64,000 nucleotides of DNA from assembly GCA_965219455.1 (NCBI GenBank), contig OZ244744.1, forward strand, positions 2,528,001 to 2,592,000. The letters are read 5' to 3'. The stretch comes from Candidatus Latescibacterota bacterium. GTDB lineage: Bacteria > Latescibacterota > UBA2968 > GCA-2709665. The notes under the pieces are model-generated. The model ran no database searches. It saw only the letters and a list, made by a program, of their open reading frames with translations, and was not told where the DNA came from. Position numbers and translations under genes: made by a program. Of the stretch, positions 28,758 to 39,349 are shown in pieces; positions within the stretch are counted from its first letter, which is position 1; every line of letters starts with the position of its first letter.

Positions 28758-29804
28758 TTGACTGAGGCGATTCTAACGGCGCAGGATCTCTCCATCGGTT
28801 ACAAAATCGGTCGGCGGCCGCCACGCATTGTGGCTCGCAATATCGACGTTTCGCTTGATCCCGGTGACTTTGTCTGTCTGCTGGGCCCCAATGGCGCGGG
28901 GAAATCCACGCTTATGCGTACGCTGGCCGGGATGCAGCCATCGCTGAACGGGCACGTGTTTCTCGCCGGTGAAGACATCGCGGAGATGTCCGCGACCGCA
29001 GTTGCCCAGGCGCTCAGCGTGGTGCTCACGGATCGCATCAACGCCGGCGCCATGACGGTGCGCGACCTCGTCGGCCTTGGGCGGTATCCCCATACCGATT
29101 GGATCGGACGCTTCGGCGACGAAGACGAGCAGGCCGTTTCCTGGGCAATTCGGGTTGCCCGCGCCGAGGAATTGGAACACCGCAACGTGGCCGAACTCAG
29201 CGATGGCGAGCGCCAGAAGGTAATGATTGCGCGCGCGCTGGCGCAGCAGCCCGACCTCATGATTCTGGATGAACCCACGGCCTTTCTGGATCTGCCCCGC
29301 CGCGTTGAAATCATGGCTTTATTGCGAAATCTCGCACATACGACCCGGAAGGCGATTCTCCTCTCCACGCACGATCTGGACCTGGCGCTGCGCTGTGCAG
29401 ACCGCATTTATCTCTTGCCATCAGAGGGCGCTTTACAGTCCGGCGCGCCGGAGGATTTGGTCCTGAATGGCGCTTTTGAAAGGGCGTTCCAGAGCGATGG
29501 CGTGCGTTTTGACGCCGATACGGGTGCGTTCAGGCTTACTCAGGAGCGCGGCCGCTCTACGGTCTCAGTCACGGGGCAGGGGCGGCGCGCCTATTGGACC
29601 GAGCGCGCGCTGGAGAGGGCGGGATTTCAGGTGGTTGACACCGGATCGGAATGGCCTATCGATATTCGAGACGGTGAAACGGGCGCCTGGCGGGTCAAGC
29701 GCGGTGGGATAGCCCACAAATATCATTCTATTTGCGACTTGATTGTGGCAATCAAAGGCGAAAGTGGAATAGAAACCGTGTCGGAATCGGGAAAAACCAT
29801 ATGA
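28758..29804 (+). CDS. btuD: Cobalamin/Fe ABC transporter ATPase (BtuD-like)
   Basis: GPNGAGKST, LSDGERQ, LDEPT, STHD. Confidence 0.9.
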   Translation: MTEAILTAQDLSIGYKIGRRPPRIVARNIDVSLDPGDFVCLLGPNGAGKSTLMRTLAGMQPSLNGHVFLAGEDIAEMSATAVAQALSVVLTDRINAGAMTVRDLVGLGRYPHTDWIGRFGDEDEQAVSWAIRVARAEELEHRNVAELSDGERQKVMIARALAQQPDLMILDEPTAFLDLPRRVEIMALLRNLAHTTRKAILLSTHDLDLALRCADRIYLLPSEGALQSGAPEDLVLNGAFERAFQSDGVRFDADTGAFRLTQERGRSTVSVTGQGRRAYWTERALERAGFQVVDTGSEWPIDIRDGETGAWRVKRGGIAHKYHSICDLIVAIKGESGIETVSESGKTI

Positions 29805-30868
29805 CGTCAAAACAGATGGAGGAAGTTCGGGAGGGTCCCCGGCGCGCAGTCATTGTTCCGGGTTTGTTTCTGCTCCTTCTGGTGGCGTTCGGTCTGAGCC
29901 TTTCGCTCGGATCTGTCCGCATTCCTCTGGCAGGACTGTTCGACGTTCTCATGGGAAGAGAGGCGTCTTCCCCGGCATGGGCGATCATTATTCACACCAT
30001 CCGTCTGCCGAAGGCGATAACGGGTGTCCTCGCCGGCGCCGCCCTGGCCGTAAGCGGCCTGCAGATGCAGACGTTGTTTCGTAATCCACTCGCCGATCCA
30101 TTTGTGCTTGGCATCAGCGCCGGCGCCAGTCTCGGCGTCGCCATTGTGGTGTTGACGGCGGGTGCGGTTGGCAGTGCGCTGATCGCCGGCCTGGGCTTCG
30201 TGGGCGATCTTGGTCTGGCTCTTGCGGCTATCCTGGGCGCGGCCGCGGTGTTGGGGTGTGTGTTGCTGGTTTCCCGCAGCGTGAGTAGTGTGATGACGTT
30301 GCTGATTCTGGGTCTGATGTTCGGGTATGCGACAGCGGCGTTCGTCAGCATTTTGATTTACTTCAGCGTTCCGGAACAGATACAGTCGTATATCCTGTGG
30401 ACCTTCGGCAGTTTTGGCAGTGTGACGTGGCGCCAGATCCCCGTGCTCGTCTGCGCCATTCTTCTCGGCCTTTTGCTGGCGTTGCAGTGTATCAAACCTC
30501 TCAATGCACTCTTGTTGGGAGAGAATTACGCCCGCAGCATGGGCCTCAACGTAAAGCGCGCCCGCATATGGATCCTGGTCAGTGCGTCCATTCTTGCTGG
30601 CGCCACCACCGCCTTCTGCGGCCCGATTGCATTCCTGGGTCTGGCCGTGCCCCATCTTTGCCGCAGTCTCCTGCACACGTCCGATCACCGCGCCCTAATG
30701 CCTGCCGTCATCTGCCTCGGGGCAACCCTGGCGCTGCTATCCGATCTCTTCGCCCATCTGCCGGGCAGTCAATACGTTCTTCCGCTGAATGCGGTCACGT
30801 CCCTCATCGGCGCACCGGTCGTCATCTGGTTCGTCCTGCACCGCAGAAACCTGAGCCAGACGTTTTAG
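29801..30868 (+). CDS. btuC: FecCD/BtuC family permease
   Basis: IRLPKA, LFRNPLADPFVLG, LLGENYARSMG, GPIAFLGLAVPH. Confidence 0.9.
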   Translation: MTSKQMEEVREGPRRAVIVPGLFLLLLVAFGLSLSLGSVRIPLAGLFDVLMGREASSPAWAIIIHTIRLPKAITGVLAGAALAVSGLQMQTLFRNPLADPFVLGISAGASLGVAIVVLTAGAVGSALIAGLGFVGDLGLALAAILGAAAVLGCVLLVSRSVSSVMTLLILGLMFGYATAAFVSILIYFSVPEQIQSYILWTFGSFGSVTWRQIPVLVCAILLGLLLALQCIKPLNALLLGENYARSMGLNVKRARIWILVSASILAGATTAFCGPIAFLGLAVPHLCRSLLHTSDHRALMPAVICLGATLALLSDLFAHLPGSQYVLPLNAVTSLIGAPVVIWFVLHRRNLSQTF

Positions 30869-30894
30869 GCTTCTTAACTCACCAATCGAGAATT

Positions 30895-31500
30895 CACATG
30901 GATGGACAGGATGGGCAGGATAAGAGCAAAACAGGGGAAAACCAGGCGGATGATGACGCACAATGCGACAACTCGCCGACTTCGGGTCCAGGTCAGGTGA
31001 CTGCTGTCAACACCGGTTTTATTTTTGACAAAAGCACCGGTTTAAAATTGGACACAATAGGCAGGATGGGCAGGATAAAGACCAAATTCGGTGAATGTCC
31101 TGAAAGCAGTGGTCTTCAAATACGAAATATTATGTAATGCAGACAAAGGATTGAAAGGGTGGAGCGGACATTCCTGTCTGCTCACATACATCAAACCGAA
31201 ACCTCACAATCCATTATCCGTGTCACGCCGCGACTCACCGCCGCCTCCCCCATAGGAAAAAGGAAGGTGCTATCTACAGAATTACCTGAGCAGGGCAGAC
31301 AGGAATGTCTGCCCCACCTTCAGACACGCTTCTTTTACGGATCGACAAGCTCCGCCCAAACAGTGCGAGCAGCACAGGCAACGAACGTCATCGAGCCGCG
31401 ACCTGAGCCGTTCCCTGAGGGCGCGCCCCGAGCCTGCGGTCCCTGAGCTCGCCTACATTGAGCTTGTCGAAATGTCGAAGGGTCGAAGGGCCGGCGAAAG
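30895..31500. repeat. Mixed REP field
   Basis: caggatgggcaggata twice; inverted pair 31159-31183 / 31293-31317 (gacattcctgtctg); tgagcttgtcgaa unit. Confidence 0.75.
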
Positions 31501-31704
31501 GTCGGTGAGAAGCCCAGGACTGGATATGGATTTCTGGCGATGTAATTAACAAGATGATCGCCGGAATGCCGAGCCTTGCATTTCAAAGCCGAAGTTTCGA
31601 CAAGAGCGAAGGCCCGCGCCAATCAGTTCAGGTGCGGGCTCTTGTGATTTGCCTGTTCGACGAAAGTTATCTTGGTCACATTGTACCCATTTCACATTCG
31701 GAAA

Positions 31705-33759
31705 CTAACGCGACCCTTCGTCTCCATATCCGGCAAGATATTTTCCAGCAAATGCGACAAGTTCAGCTGAGTCTTCGAGACTTGCGATCTTCAAACTTTG
31801 AACCCGTTCCCCCAGCGTCTTTTCATCGTCGTACAGCTCAATCAGTTCATTCCAATGCAAACGCGGCTTGCGTTGGATTGCCCTACTTCCAAGATACTGG
31901 CCAATGATCTCATCCTTAGCAGCCCTGAGTACGGCCAACGTCATTTCTGGAGAGTCCTCGATATTGAGCGGGCATTCCTGGGGTGTAGCGGCGCGTTTCG
32001 TGCGAAGAAGAACACCCAAGAGATTGTGCTCAGTCGCGAGATCTGGAACTGACGCTGATCTGACTTCCTCACGCCAAGCCTTCTCGAATCCCGATGCCGT
32101 TTGTTCTGTCACGAGCTTTTCACCCACCTCTTCTCGGTACCCAATCATGTTGATAAGTTCCAATTTCGAAGACAGCGACTTCAATTCTGGCAGGATCTCG
32201 CGAACCGCAGCTTTGATTGAAGTAGAGTCTGGAAGGCATTTTAAGAGGCGAAATACGACACAGGTTACAGTAAATGTGGGAGGGAAATCTAACGGACCCA
32301 ATTGTCTTTCGGATAGCGGTAGGAGATTGAGCAATACAACCGAACCTGGAATTGCGTTTTCTGTGCTGAATTCTTCCTCGAAATAGTCAAGAGAAGCAAT
32401 GACGCTCTGGAGTCGTCTCGGATTGATAGCAAGCAGGCATTTTTCGAAAGCATCACGATCTGCCATGTGCCTTACTATTCCCTCTGCTTCATCAAAGGCT
32501 TGCAGGCTGTCGTTTTTTACTCGCTCAAGATAAAGCCGAAGAATGTCCTTGTGGCCTACGCGACGCCCCTTTAGCCACTTGCTTCTCCATTCGTCTCCAA
32601 AGGAACTCCCACCTACATGATGTGCTGCCGCAGGAAAGATCTGCAGTATCAAATTCTTAACTACACCCCCGCGGTCTCCGGCAGCTTTGATCAAGCATTC
32701 AATCTGCTTCGTATAATGAGATTCAGGTTTGGGGACCAGATTTGGATCGTCAATATCATGTGAGTCAGTAAGTGTTTCAACAGAACTATACAATCGTGTG
32801 TACACATTTGGAAGGAACATACGAATCGCTTCGAGCGCCAAGAGGTCGACAAGGGCAATTTCCCCGTTTAGGGATCTGACAGTGCCCTGAACTGATGTGG
32901 CGTATCGGCGCACGTCTCGCATGTTTCTTATAAATGGCCGAATGACGCCCATAAACACATCTGGCGAAAGTTGCTCATCGACCTGGCTGACATTGTCGAC
33001 GTTTGCGAGAGCGCCTTGCAAGGCCGCTGTAAGTTGGCTATCAAGTATATTACCGGGCACTTCAGGCAAATCAAAAGCTACCTGAAGGATTTTTTCCAGG
33101 TAGTCGCGTCCGCTTATACCATGTTCAGTGAGCGCCTTTTCGACCCGGCCTCGGTCAAAGGCTACAATATAAACGATATTGGGAAAGTTGGCAGTTAGCC
33201 GAATCAGCTTGAAAATGTCTCGGATCTCGGACTTCATAAGTCGATCAACGTCATCAATAACAACCACGATCGGTTTTTCAAAATTGGAAAGTGCTGTTTC
33301 AAGTTTTCGTCGCTGAACAAAAACACTTTGTTTGCGAGGCACGGGAATCTTGCTCAAGACTTTTCCAAGTCCCCCTACCCAAGGATTGCCTGAAACAACA
33401 GAAAGTATTCCGGAAAATGCCCCGCCATAACTTGCGATGAATTTACCTATCCGGGCGAGCCGCCTACCGCGAACCTTGAGTTGGCCGGCAAGTTCGGCGA
33501 AAAATGACTCGACGAGTTGTGCCGTACCGCTGAACATCCACGGATTAAAATCCAGTACAGGGACGTCAGCTTTCTCAAATTCCCACCGAGCAAGGTTAAT
33601 AAATGACGTTTTCCCTGAGCCCCAAGGCCCAAGGACGCCGACTACAACCCCCTCAGCGGTATCAAATTGAAGTACAGTTCGTGCAAATTCAGTAGCGACA
33701 TCATTCCTTCCGATAAGGTCATCTTCGGCTCTCTCAATTGGATTGTCGGCGGTGATCAT
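31705..33759 (-). CDS. KAP family P-loop NTPase
   Basis: DNPI..DDLIGR, GPWGSGKTS, VVVIDDVDRL, DYLEKILQ. Confidence 0.9.
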   Translation of the reverse strand: MITADNPIERAEDDLIGRNDVATEFARTVLQFDTAEGVVVGVLGPWGSGKTSFINLARWEFEKADVPVLDFNPWMFSGTAQLVESFFAELAGQLKVRGRRLARIGKFIASYGGAFSGILSVVSGNPWVGGLGKVLSKIPVPRKQSVFVQRRKLETALSNFEKPIVVVIDDVDRLMKSEIRDIFKLIRLTANFPNIVYIVAFDRGRVEKALTEHGISGRDYLEKILQVAFDLPEVPGNILDSQLTAALQGALANVDNVSQVDEQLSPDVFMGVIRPFIRNMRDVRRYATSVQGTVRSLNGEIALVDLLALEAIRMFLPNVYTRLYSSVETLTDSHDIDDPNLVPKPESHYTKQIECLIKAAGDRGGVVKNLILQIFPAAAHHVGGSSFGDEWRSKWLKGRRVGHKDILRLYLERVKNDSLQAFDEAEGIVRHMADRDAFEKCLLAINPRRLQSVIASLDYFEEEFSTENAIPGSVVLLNLLPLSERQLGPLDFPPTFTVTCVVFRLLKCLPDSTSIKAAVREILPELKSLSSKLELINMIGYREEVGEKLVTEQTASGFEKAWREEVRSASVPDLATEHNLLGVLLRTKRAATPQECPLNIEDSPEMTLAVLRAAKDEIIGQYLGSRAIQRKPRLHWNELIELYDDEKTLGERVQSLKIASLEDSAELVAFAGKYLAGYGDEGSR

Positions 33760-33928
33760 CGCCCACCTCGTGTGTAACGGAAGAACCAACGTTCTACAAA
33801 TACATCAATATGGAGTCTGAAGATACGATGCGGCCCGGAATACCAGTTGTCCATGGGAAGTCAACCTCTTGTAGTGTGAATCGGAACACATTGGTTAAAT
33901 ATGCTGACTCCGATTGATTCGACCAAAT

Positions 33929-35179
33929 TCAGTCTTTTAGAATCTCGATTATTTCTATCACGCTACATTTGGGCTTGGTCACGTCAAACGGCAGACAGTC
34001 CAGTGACGATTGTTTGTCGAATTCAAAACGCAACGGTTCATCAAATTGCTCTGTCTTTGGATAGACAAGCGCAACCTTTCCGCAGCCGTATTTCTTACCG
34101 TATACGAACATCTGGTACATATCGGCCTGATTGACACCTCGTTTCAGACCTCCGTCCTCCGCGTTAATGCGCTTCCATTTCGTGTCCAGGATAAACTCAG
34201 CCTTGCCTCCAGACATCAGACTGATATCCGGTTTCATTTCGAATACCCCCCGCTTTTGAGCATCCGTAACCAGAAATTTTCGTGGTCCTTGTTTACGCAC
34301 TGAATAACCGTCTTGGAGTCGCCGGAAACTGGTCGCCACAAAGTCCTCGAATATCTCCCACATCGGAAACAGCAGCGCCTGGTTGACGTGTTTGCCTGTA
34401 AACGTGGTCAGGCCTTGATCAAAGAGGAACAGCCCGACCCATTGCATTACCGCGTCGTAATGTTGAATCGTACGGTCCACCTGATGCCGGTCCCAGTCGC
34501 TTCGCGGGTGCATTGACAACGGAATATCGGAAAAACTGATGCGCGACTGATGCAGCAACTGCTGGTTTCTCGGCTGCCGAACGGAACCGGTCAATTTTTG
34601 AATCGTGCTATGAATCAATCGATTGGCGGGGCGATTGGCGTTGAACTCGTCGTAGCCCACGTAAAAACGCGCGCGATTGGACGAATTTTCCCGGATGTGT
34701 TGGGGAAACAAAATGCGCCCGCGGAGGCAGGGCAGGTTATCCTCAACCGGCTGATAGTGGCGGGCAAGACCGCGCTGTGTGAGCATAACGAGGTTGTTCA
34801 AGAAGAGATGAAAAAACACCTCCAGCATATTGAAACGCTTCACGGCATTGATCTGGCTTTCGTTGAATACAGCCAACGACTTGAAACCGCGCCAGGTGCG
34901 CAACATTTTGAAGAGAATCCGTTTGGTATTTTCATCGCCGTCCGAAAAATCCACCTTCGGCAGGATTTCCAGCACGGTTCCGTTGCGCGTTTCGATAATT
35001 CCAACGTAGTTTCCGGCATACAACCTAGCGTTGCGGACCTGGAGTACCGGCCTGTAGTTGCCCAAGTTATCTTCTCGATGCTCAAGTGCGAACCCCTTAA
35101 AGTCTTCCAATTCGTCCTGGCTGAGACCTGTCAGTTCGTCATGTTCCTTAATAACAAGTGGCTTTTTGATAACGGGCAT
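33929..35179 (-). CDS. mcrC: McrC family restriction endonuclease subunit
   Basis: NYVGII..LEILPK, LLFPMWEIFEDFV, KPD..ILDTKWK, DMYQMFVYG. Confidence 0.9.
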   Translation of the reverse strand: MPVIKKPLVIKEHDELTGLSQDELEDFKGFALEHREDNLGNYRPVLQVRNARLYAGNYVGIIETRNGTVLEILPKVDFSDGDENTKRILFKMLRTWRGFKSLAVFNESQINAVKRFNMLEVFFHLFLNNLVMLTQRGLARHYQPVEDNLPCLRGRILFPQHIRENSSNRARFYVGYDEFNANRPANRLIHSTIQKLTGSVRQPRNQQLLHQSRISFSDIPLSMHPRSDWDRHQVDRTIQHYDAVMQWVGLFLFDQGLTTFTGKHVNQALLFPMWEIFEDFVATSFRRLQDGYSVRKQGPRKFLVTDAQKRGVFEMKPDISLMSGGKAEFILDTKWKRINAEDGGLKRGVNQADMYQMFVYGKKYGCGKVALVYPKTEQFDEPLRFEFDKQSSLDCLPFDVTKPKCSVIEIIEILKD

Positions 35180-35181
35180 CG

Positions 35182-37371
35182 TCAGGCGTCCTCTCCGCTT
35201 TCACCGGTATCGTCTTGTGGTGATGGTTTCCCGCCGTAGATCGACTGGTAACTCACGGGATCCATCCATTTGCTATTATCGGCGGGTAATAATTCATATA
35301 TTTTCTTTTCTTCATCAATTTAGTGCGGTTCGCCTCGCAGATTTTCCGGGATTTCACATTCTCTAATAAACCCGTTGCGATTCAAGACCAGGTCGATTTT
35401 CTCCCAATTATCGTAGAAGTACTCCTGCAGCAACGGTATGATTTTGTGTTTGAACGCGTCCTCGAGCGATTTCAAGTCATCAAGTCCCAGGAAATAGGTA
35501 TGCCCGATCTGATGCTCGCGGTCCAGCAGGAAACGGATGCGCTCGTTCATTGCGGCAAGTAGCATTTGACCGTTCACGCCCTCGATATTCTTACTAATAT
35601 CAGGATGATCCGGCTTTGGCATCATCTCGACAAACTCGAACCGCCGCCGGAGTGCGGTATCCAATAGGGCGATAGAACGATCAGCGGTATTCATTGTGCC
35701 GATGATATACAGGTTGTTCGGTACGCCAAATGTGTCGCCGGAATAGGGGAGCCTGACGGTTGTCTCATCATCCGCACCGATCCGCCTGGACGGTTCAATC
35801 AGCGTAATCAACTCGCCGAAGATTTTAGCGATATTGCCACGATTGATTTCATCAATGATCAGGACATAGTTCTGCTCTCTTTTATTTTTTGCACACTCTG
35901 CGATTTTCCGGAAAACACCACGTGATAGTTTATATTCAAGATTTCCATCCTCCTCCGCGTCATCAGCCAGAACAGGCCTGATACCCTCAATGAAATCCTC
36001 GTAGTTGTAGTTTTGATGAAACGTCACCATCTCAATCTGCCCATTCTTTTTCAATTCATCGAATCGCCGCATTTTGTGATCGCGGTCCATCTTTTCGATA
36101 ACATCCAGCGGCTCGTCCTCAATAATCGCCAGAGCGTAATCAACGGTGTTCCACGTTTTGCCCGTACCTGGAGGGCCATACAGGATCTGATTCAACGGAT
36201 GTGAATTTTCCATAGAATCTTTACTCGGTTCCACGACTTCCTGATTTTCGTCAGTATCGTTGTCTTTCTGAATGCCATTCAATTTACTTATCAGGCCAAG
36301 CGAACGCTTGTAGCTCTCGGCACCTTCGAATGCCCGGTAGGTCCCAACTCCGGCCTTGCTGAAGCCTACCATAGCCGTCAAGCCCGATAGACGTTCTTCC
36401 GTTTTGTTTATCCACAATACGTGAATCCTGCTGTCTTCATTTATCCCCGACACGGCGTAGTCGTTTTTCTGAACGATGCCGATCGCCCTACCCCTTTGTC
36501 TTCCCGTTCTAACCAGGATAACATCTCCCCGCCTAGTTTCGTCCAGAGGATAGCCTACTTCCTCCTCCTCCCACGATTTTCCAGAACCCGGTCCACCGGT
36601 ATAAACCCAGTTATTTTCCTTGAAGCTGCCGTCACGGTTTTCCCAATAATCACCGCCCTTAGGATCATTTACGTAAGTGCTGATTTGATAGAACCTATCG
36701 CTCGCTTGTATTCTTCCGGAGTTCTGAAGATACAAGAACATATTGATTTCATAAGGCTTGCACCCTGGGAATACTGCCGTTAACCTCTCGATGAAAGTTT
36801 GATATTGCTTGTAACCACCGCTTTCAATTGCTGATGGCGCCGGCAGACCAAGAACATCGGATAAATCTGCCGTTGAACTATCCACCGGCAGAAAATATCC
36901 GGGATTAATCAAAAACAGGGATTGTGTCAATTTTGCAGTTGCAACGTTTTTTATATCCAGAACATCCTTAAAGTCAATCGGATCTATCTCTGGATCGTCC
37001 GCTACTGCCTGGCTGAAAAGACGCCAGAGCAAATCTCGATGGAAGTTTTTTCCATCATGAAAAAGCACCCTAAATTGGGGAGTGGGAAATATATAACTGT
37101 CGTCCACGTCACCGTCAGCGTGTGGGCCTTCAATTTCAAACACACGGCCAACGCTGTCGTACACGCGTTTCAGTTGTTTTGCGGTGGCTTTTGAAGCCAA
37201 AAAATAGAAAAAGGAAAACGGATCGATCGCCTCATCGCCATATTGGAGCAGTGAGGGCTTCCCTCCCCACTCCACTTGCCTGGCTCTGTCGATCAGATAG
37301 GCTTCACCGCCTTCCGAAATGTTTTCTGCCAGTTCTCGAAACCACGGCACCCAACTATATATCTCTTTCAT
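35182..37371 (-). CDS. mcrB: McrB-like AAA+ GTPase; TAA at 35320-35322 appears premature
   Basis: GPPGTGKT, IIDEINRGN, MNTADRS; the frame stays open 45 codons past the TAA to a TGA 2 nt before the mcrC ATG. Confidence 0.88.
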
Positions 37372-37513
37372 CTTAGTATGTCCTTCTCCTCAGTGGATTG
37401 AATGACGAAAACGGGCAGGACGCGATGCCGCTTGAATTCAATGCGCGCACATGCCAGCGGCCCTAAAAAGGCACCGTTACTGGGTGAACGGGACCGGGCT
37501 GAATGCTGAATGC

Positions 37514-38134
37514 TTATATCAACCCTCGCTGTATCGCGATAGCGACTGCCTCTGTACGATTTCCCGCGTCGAGTTTGGCCAGGATCTCGCTCACGTGGAA
37601 CTTGACGGTGCGTTCGGAAATGTAGAGTCGGTCGGCGATTTCTTTGTTCAACAGGCCCGTTGCGATCAGTTTCAGCACTTCCTTTTGGCGCGCTGTCAAC
37701 GCATCGGGATTATTGATGCTGTCCAGGAACCTTGAAGCGATCAGCGGCTCGAGCAACGACCCGCCTTCGTTGACCACCCGCACGGCACGAAACACGTCGT
37801 CTCTGGGCGCACCCTTGAGCAAATAGCCCTTCGCGCCGGCCTTCATCGCCGAGACAATGCGCTCGTCGGTATCAAAAACCGTAAATACAATCGCCCGCGC
37901 CCTGGCCTTCCTTTCTCTCAACCGTTGAAGGGTCTCGATCCCATCCACGCCCGGCATCTCCAGATCCAGCAACAGCACGTCGGGGTCGCTATCGGCAACC
38001 TTCTGCAACGCCTCCTCCCCGTCACTGGCTTCTCCCACCACCTCGAAATCGGACTGCGTGTTCAACATCGCAGCCAGGCCGTCGCGCACGACCGGATGAT
38101 CGTCGACAACGAGGATGCGGATCGACTCGCTCAT
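37514..38134 (-). CDS. NarL/LuxR family response regulator
   Basis: VVDDH, LLDLEMP, GYLLK, C-terminal LuxR HTH. Confidence 0.93.
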   Translation of the reverse strand: MSESIRILVVDDHPVVRDGLAAMLNTQSDFEVVGEASDGEEALQKVADSDPDVLLLDLEMPGVDGIETLQRLRERKARARAIVFTVFDTDERIVSAMKAGAKGYLLKGAPRDDVFRAVRVVNEGGSLLEPLIASRFLDSINNPDALTARQKEVLKLIATGLLNKEIADRLYISERTVKFHVSEILAKLDAGNRTEAVAIAIQRGLI

Positions 38135-39291
38135 ATGCGACGCTCCAGAGGAATACGTATCTCCAGACGCGTGCCTTGCCGTGGCGCGCTCTCAATGGAA
38201 AATGAACCCCCCAGCAAATGTGCCCGCTCACGCATACCGACCAGCCCATATCGTGCTTCTGACGTTTCTTCCGGGTCAAATCCGCACCCGTCGTCTTCAA
38301 CAATAAGCGCCACGCAGTCAGGAGTTGACGTCAATTCAACCAGGGCCTTTGTCGCATCTGCATGCGCCGCGACATTGTTCAGCGCCTCCTCCGCCATGCG
38401 ATATAAACCCGCTTCGACCCTCGCGGACAGGGGATGTCCGCCGACACAATTTATGCGGATGACCAGGCCCTTGTGCGCTCCGAATCTCTGCGACAGGGCT
38501 TCCAAAGCCTCTGCCAACGTGAGACTCTCGAGCGGTACGGCGCGCAAATCCAACACGGCCCGACGCGCATCTTCCAGATTACCGCGAGCCATCGCCATCG
38601 CATCGCGCACGGTTGCGGACAGCTTCTCGCGGTCCGTATCGCTTTCGAGTAGAGCATCCAGTGTTTCGAGCCGCATCAGGATGGCCGCCAGATTCTGACC
38701 CAAGGTGTCGTGTATTTCTCGCGCGAGTCGAAGACGTTCATCCGCGGCGCCGGTTTCGACGCTCTTTTCGTACAATCGCGCACGCTCGATTGCAATGCTC
38801 GTGAGATCGCCGACCGTATTCAGCAAGCGTAAATCTTCCGTTGAGAGTTCGCGCCACTCGACACTGCCCACGTTCAACACGCCAACCTTCTTGCTGTGCG
38901 CGTACAGTGGAATGCTCGCGTGATACCGCAATCCGTCCGTTCCTTCTACAAGCCCCTTGAGCCGGCTGCACGTGACGACATTCACATTCGCAGCCCCCGT
39001 TAAATCGCCTCTTCGAAAGGTGTCCAGGCAATAGCACCAACCCTCCATTTTGGCCGGGTTGTCGTGCAATGCGGGAGGCAGGTTTTGTGCGGCAGCCAGA
39101 TAGGGTTCATTGGTCTCTTCGTTGAAGAGCCATATCCAACTGGTGCTCAGATCAAGCAACGCGGCCACTTCTTCAAGTACCGCTTCGAGGGCTTGATCGA
39201 GGTCCACGGACTGGTTGAGCGCGTGGGCGATCGCATTTAGAATGGAGAGTTCGCGATTGCGTTGCTTGAGTTGGTCGGTTGGAGTTGGCAT
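38131..39291 (-). CDS. Soluble GAF sensor histidine kinase (HisKA_3), AirS/YhcY-like
   Basis: GAF with CYC-x19-CSR; RLAREIHDTLGQ; DDGCGF, GLVGMRER. Confidence 0.9.
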   Translation of the reverse strand: MPTPTDQLKQRNRELSILNAIAHALNQSVDLDQALEAVLEEVAALLDLSTSWIWLFNEETNEPYLAAAQNLPPALHDNPAKMEGWCYCLDTFRRGDLTGAANVNVVTCSRLKGLVEGTDGLRYHASIPLYAHSKKVGVLNVGSVEWRELSTEDLRLLNTVGDLTSIAIERARLYEKSVETGAADERLRLAREIHDTLGQNLAAILMRLETLDALLESDTDREKLSATVRDAMAMARGNLEDARRAVLDLRAVPLESLTLAEALEALSQRFGAHKGLVIRINCVGGHPLSARVEAGLYRMAEEALNNVAAHADATKALVELTSTPDCVALIVEDDGCGFDPEETSEARYGLVGMRERAHLLGGSFSIESAPRQGTRLEIRIPLERRI

Positions 39292-39349
39292 GACGATCGT
39301 AAGTATGTGGGTTCGTTATGTCGGAATGCTATGCCAATATACTTCCCGC

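Noticed and set aside
30895-31500. Clustered short repeats as a CRISPR array
   Set aside because: Mixed families and orientations, irregular spacing, no cas genes
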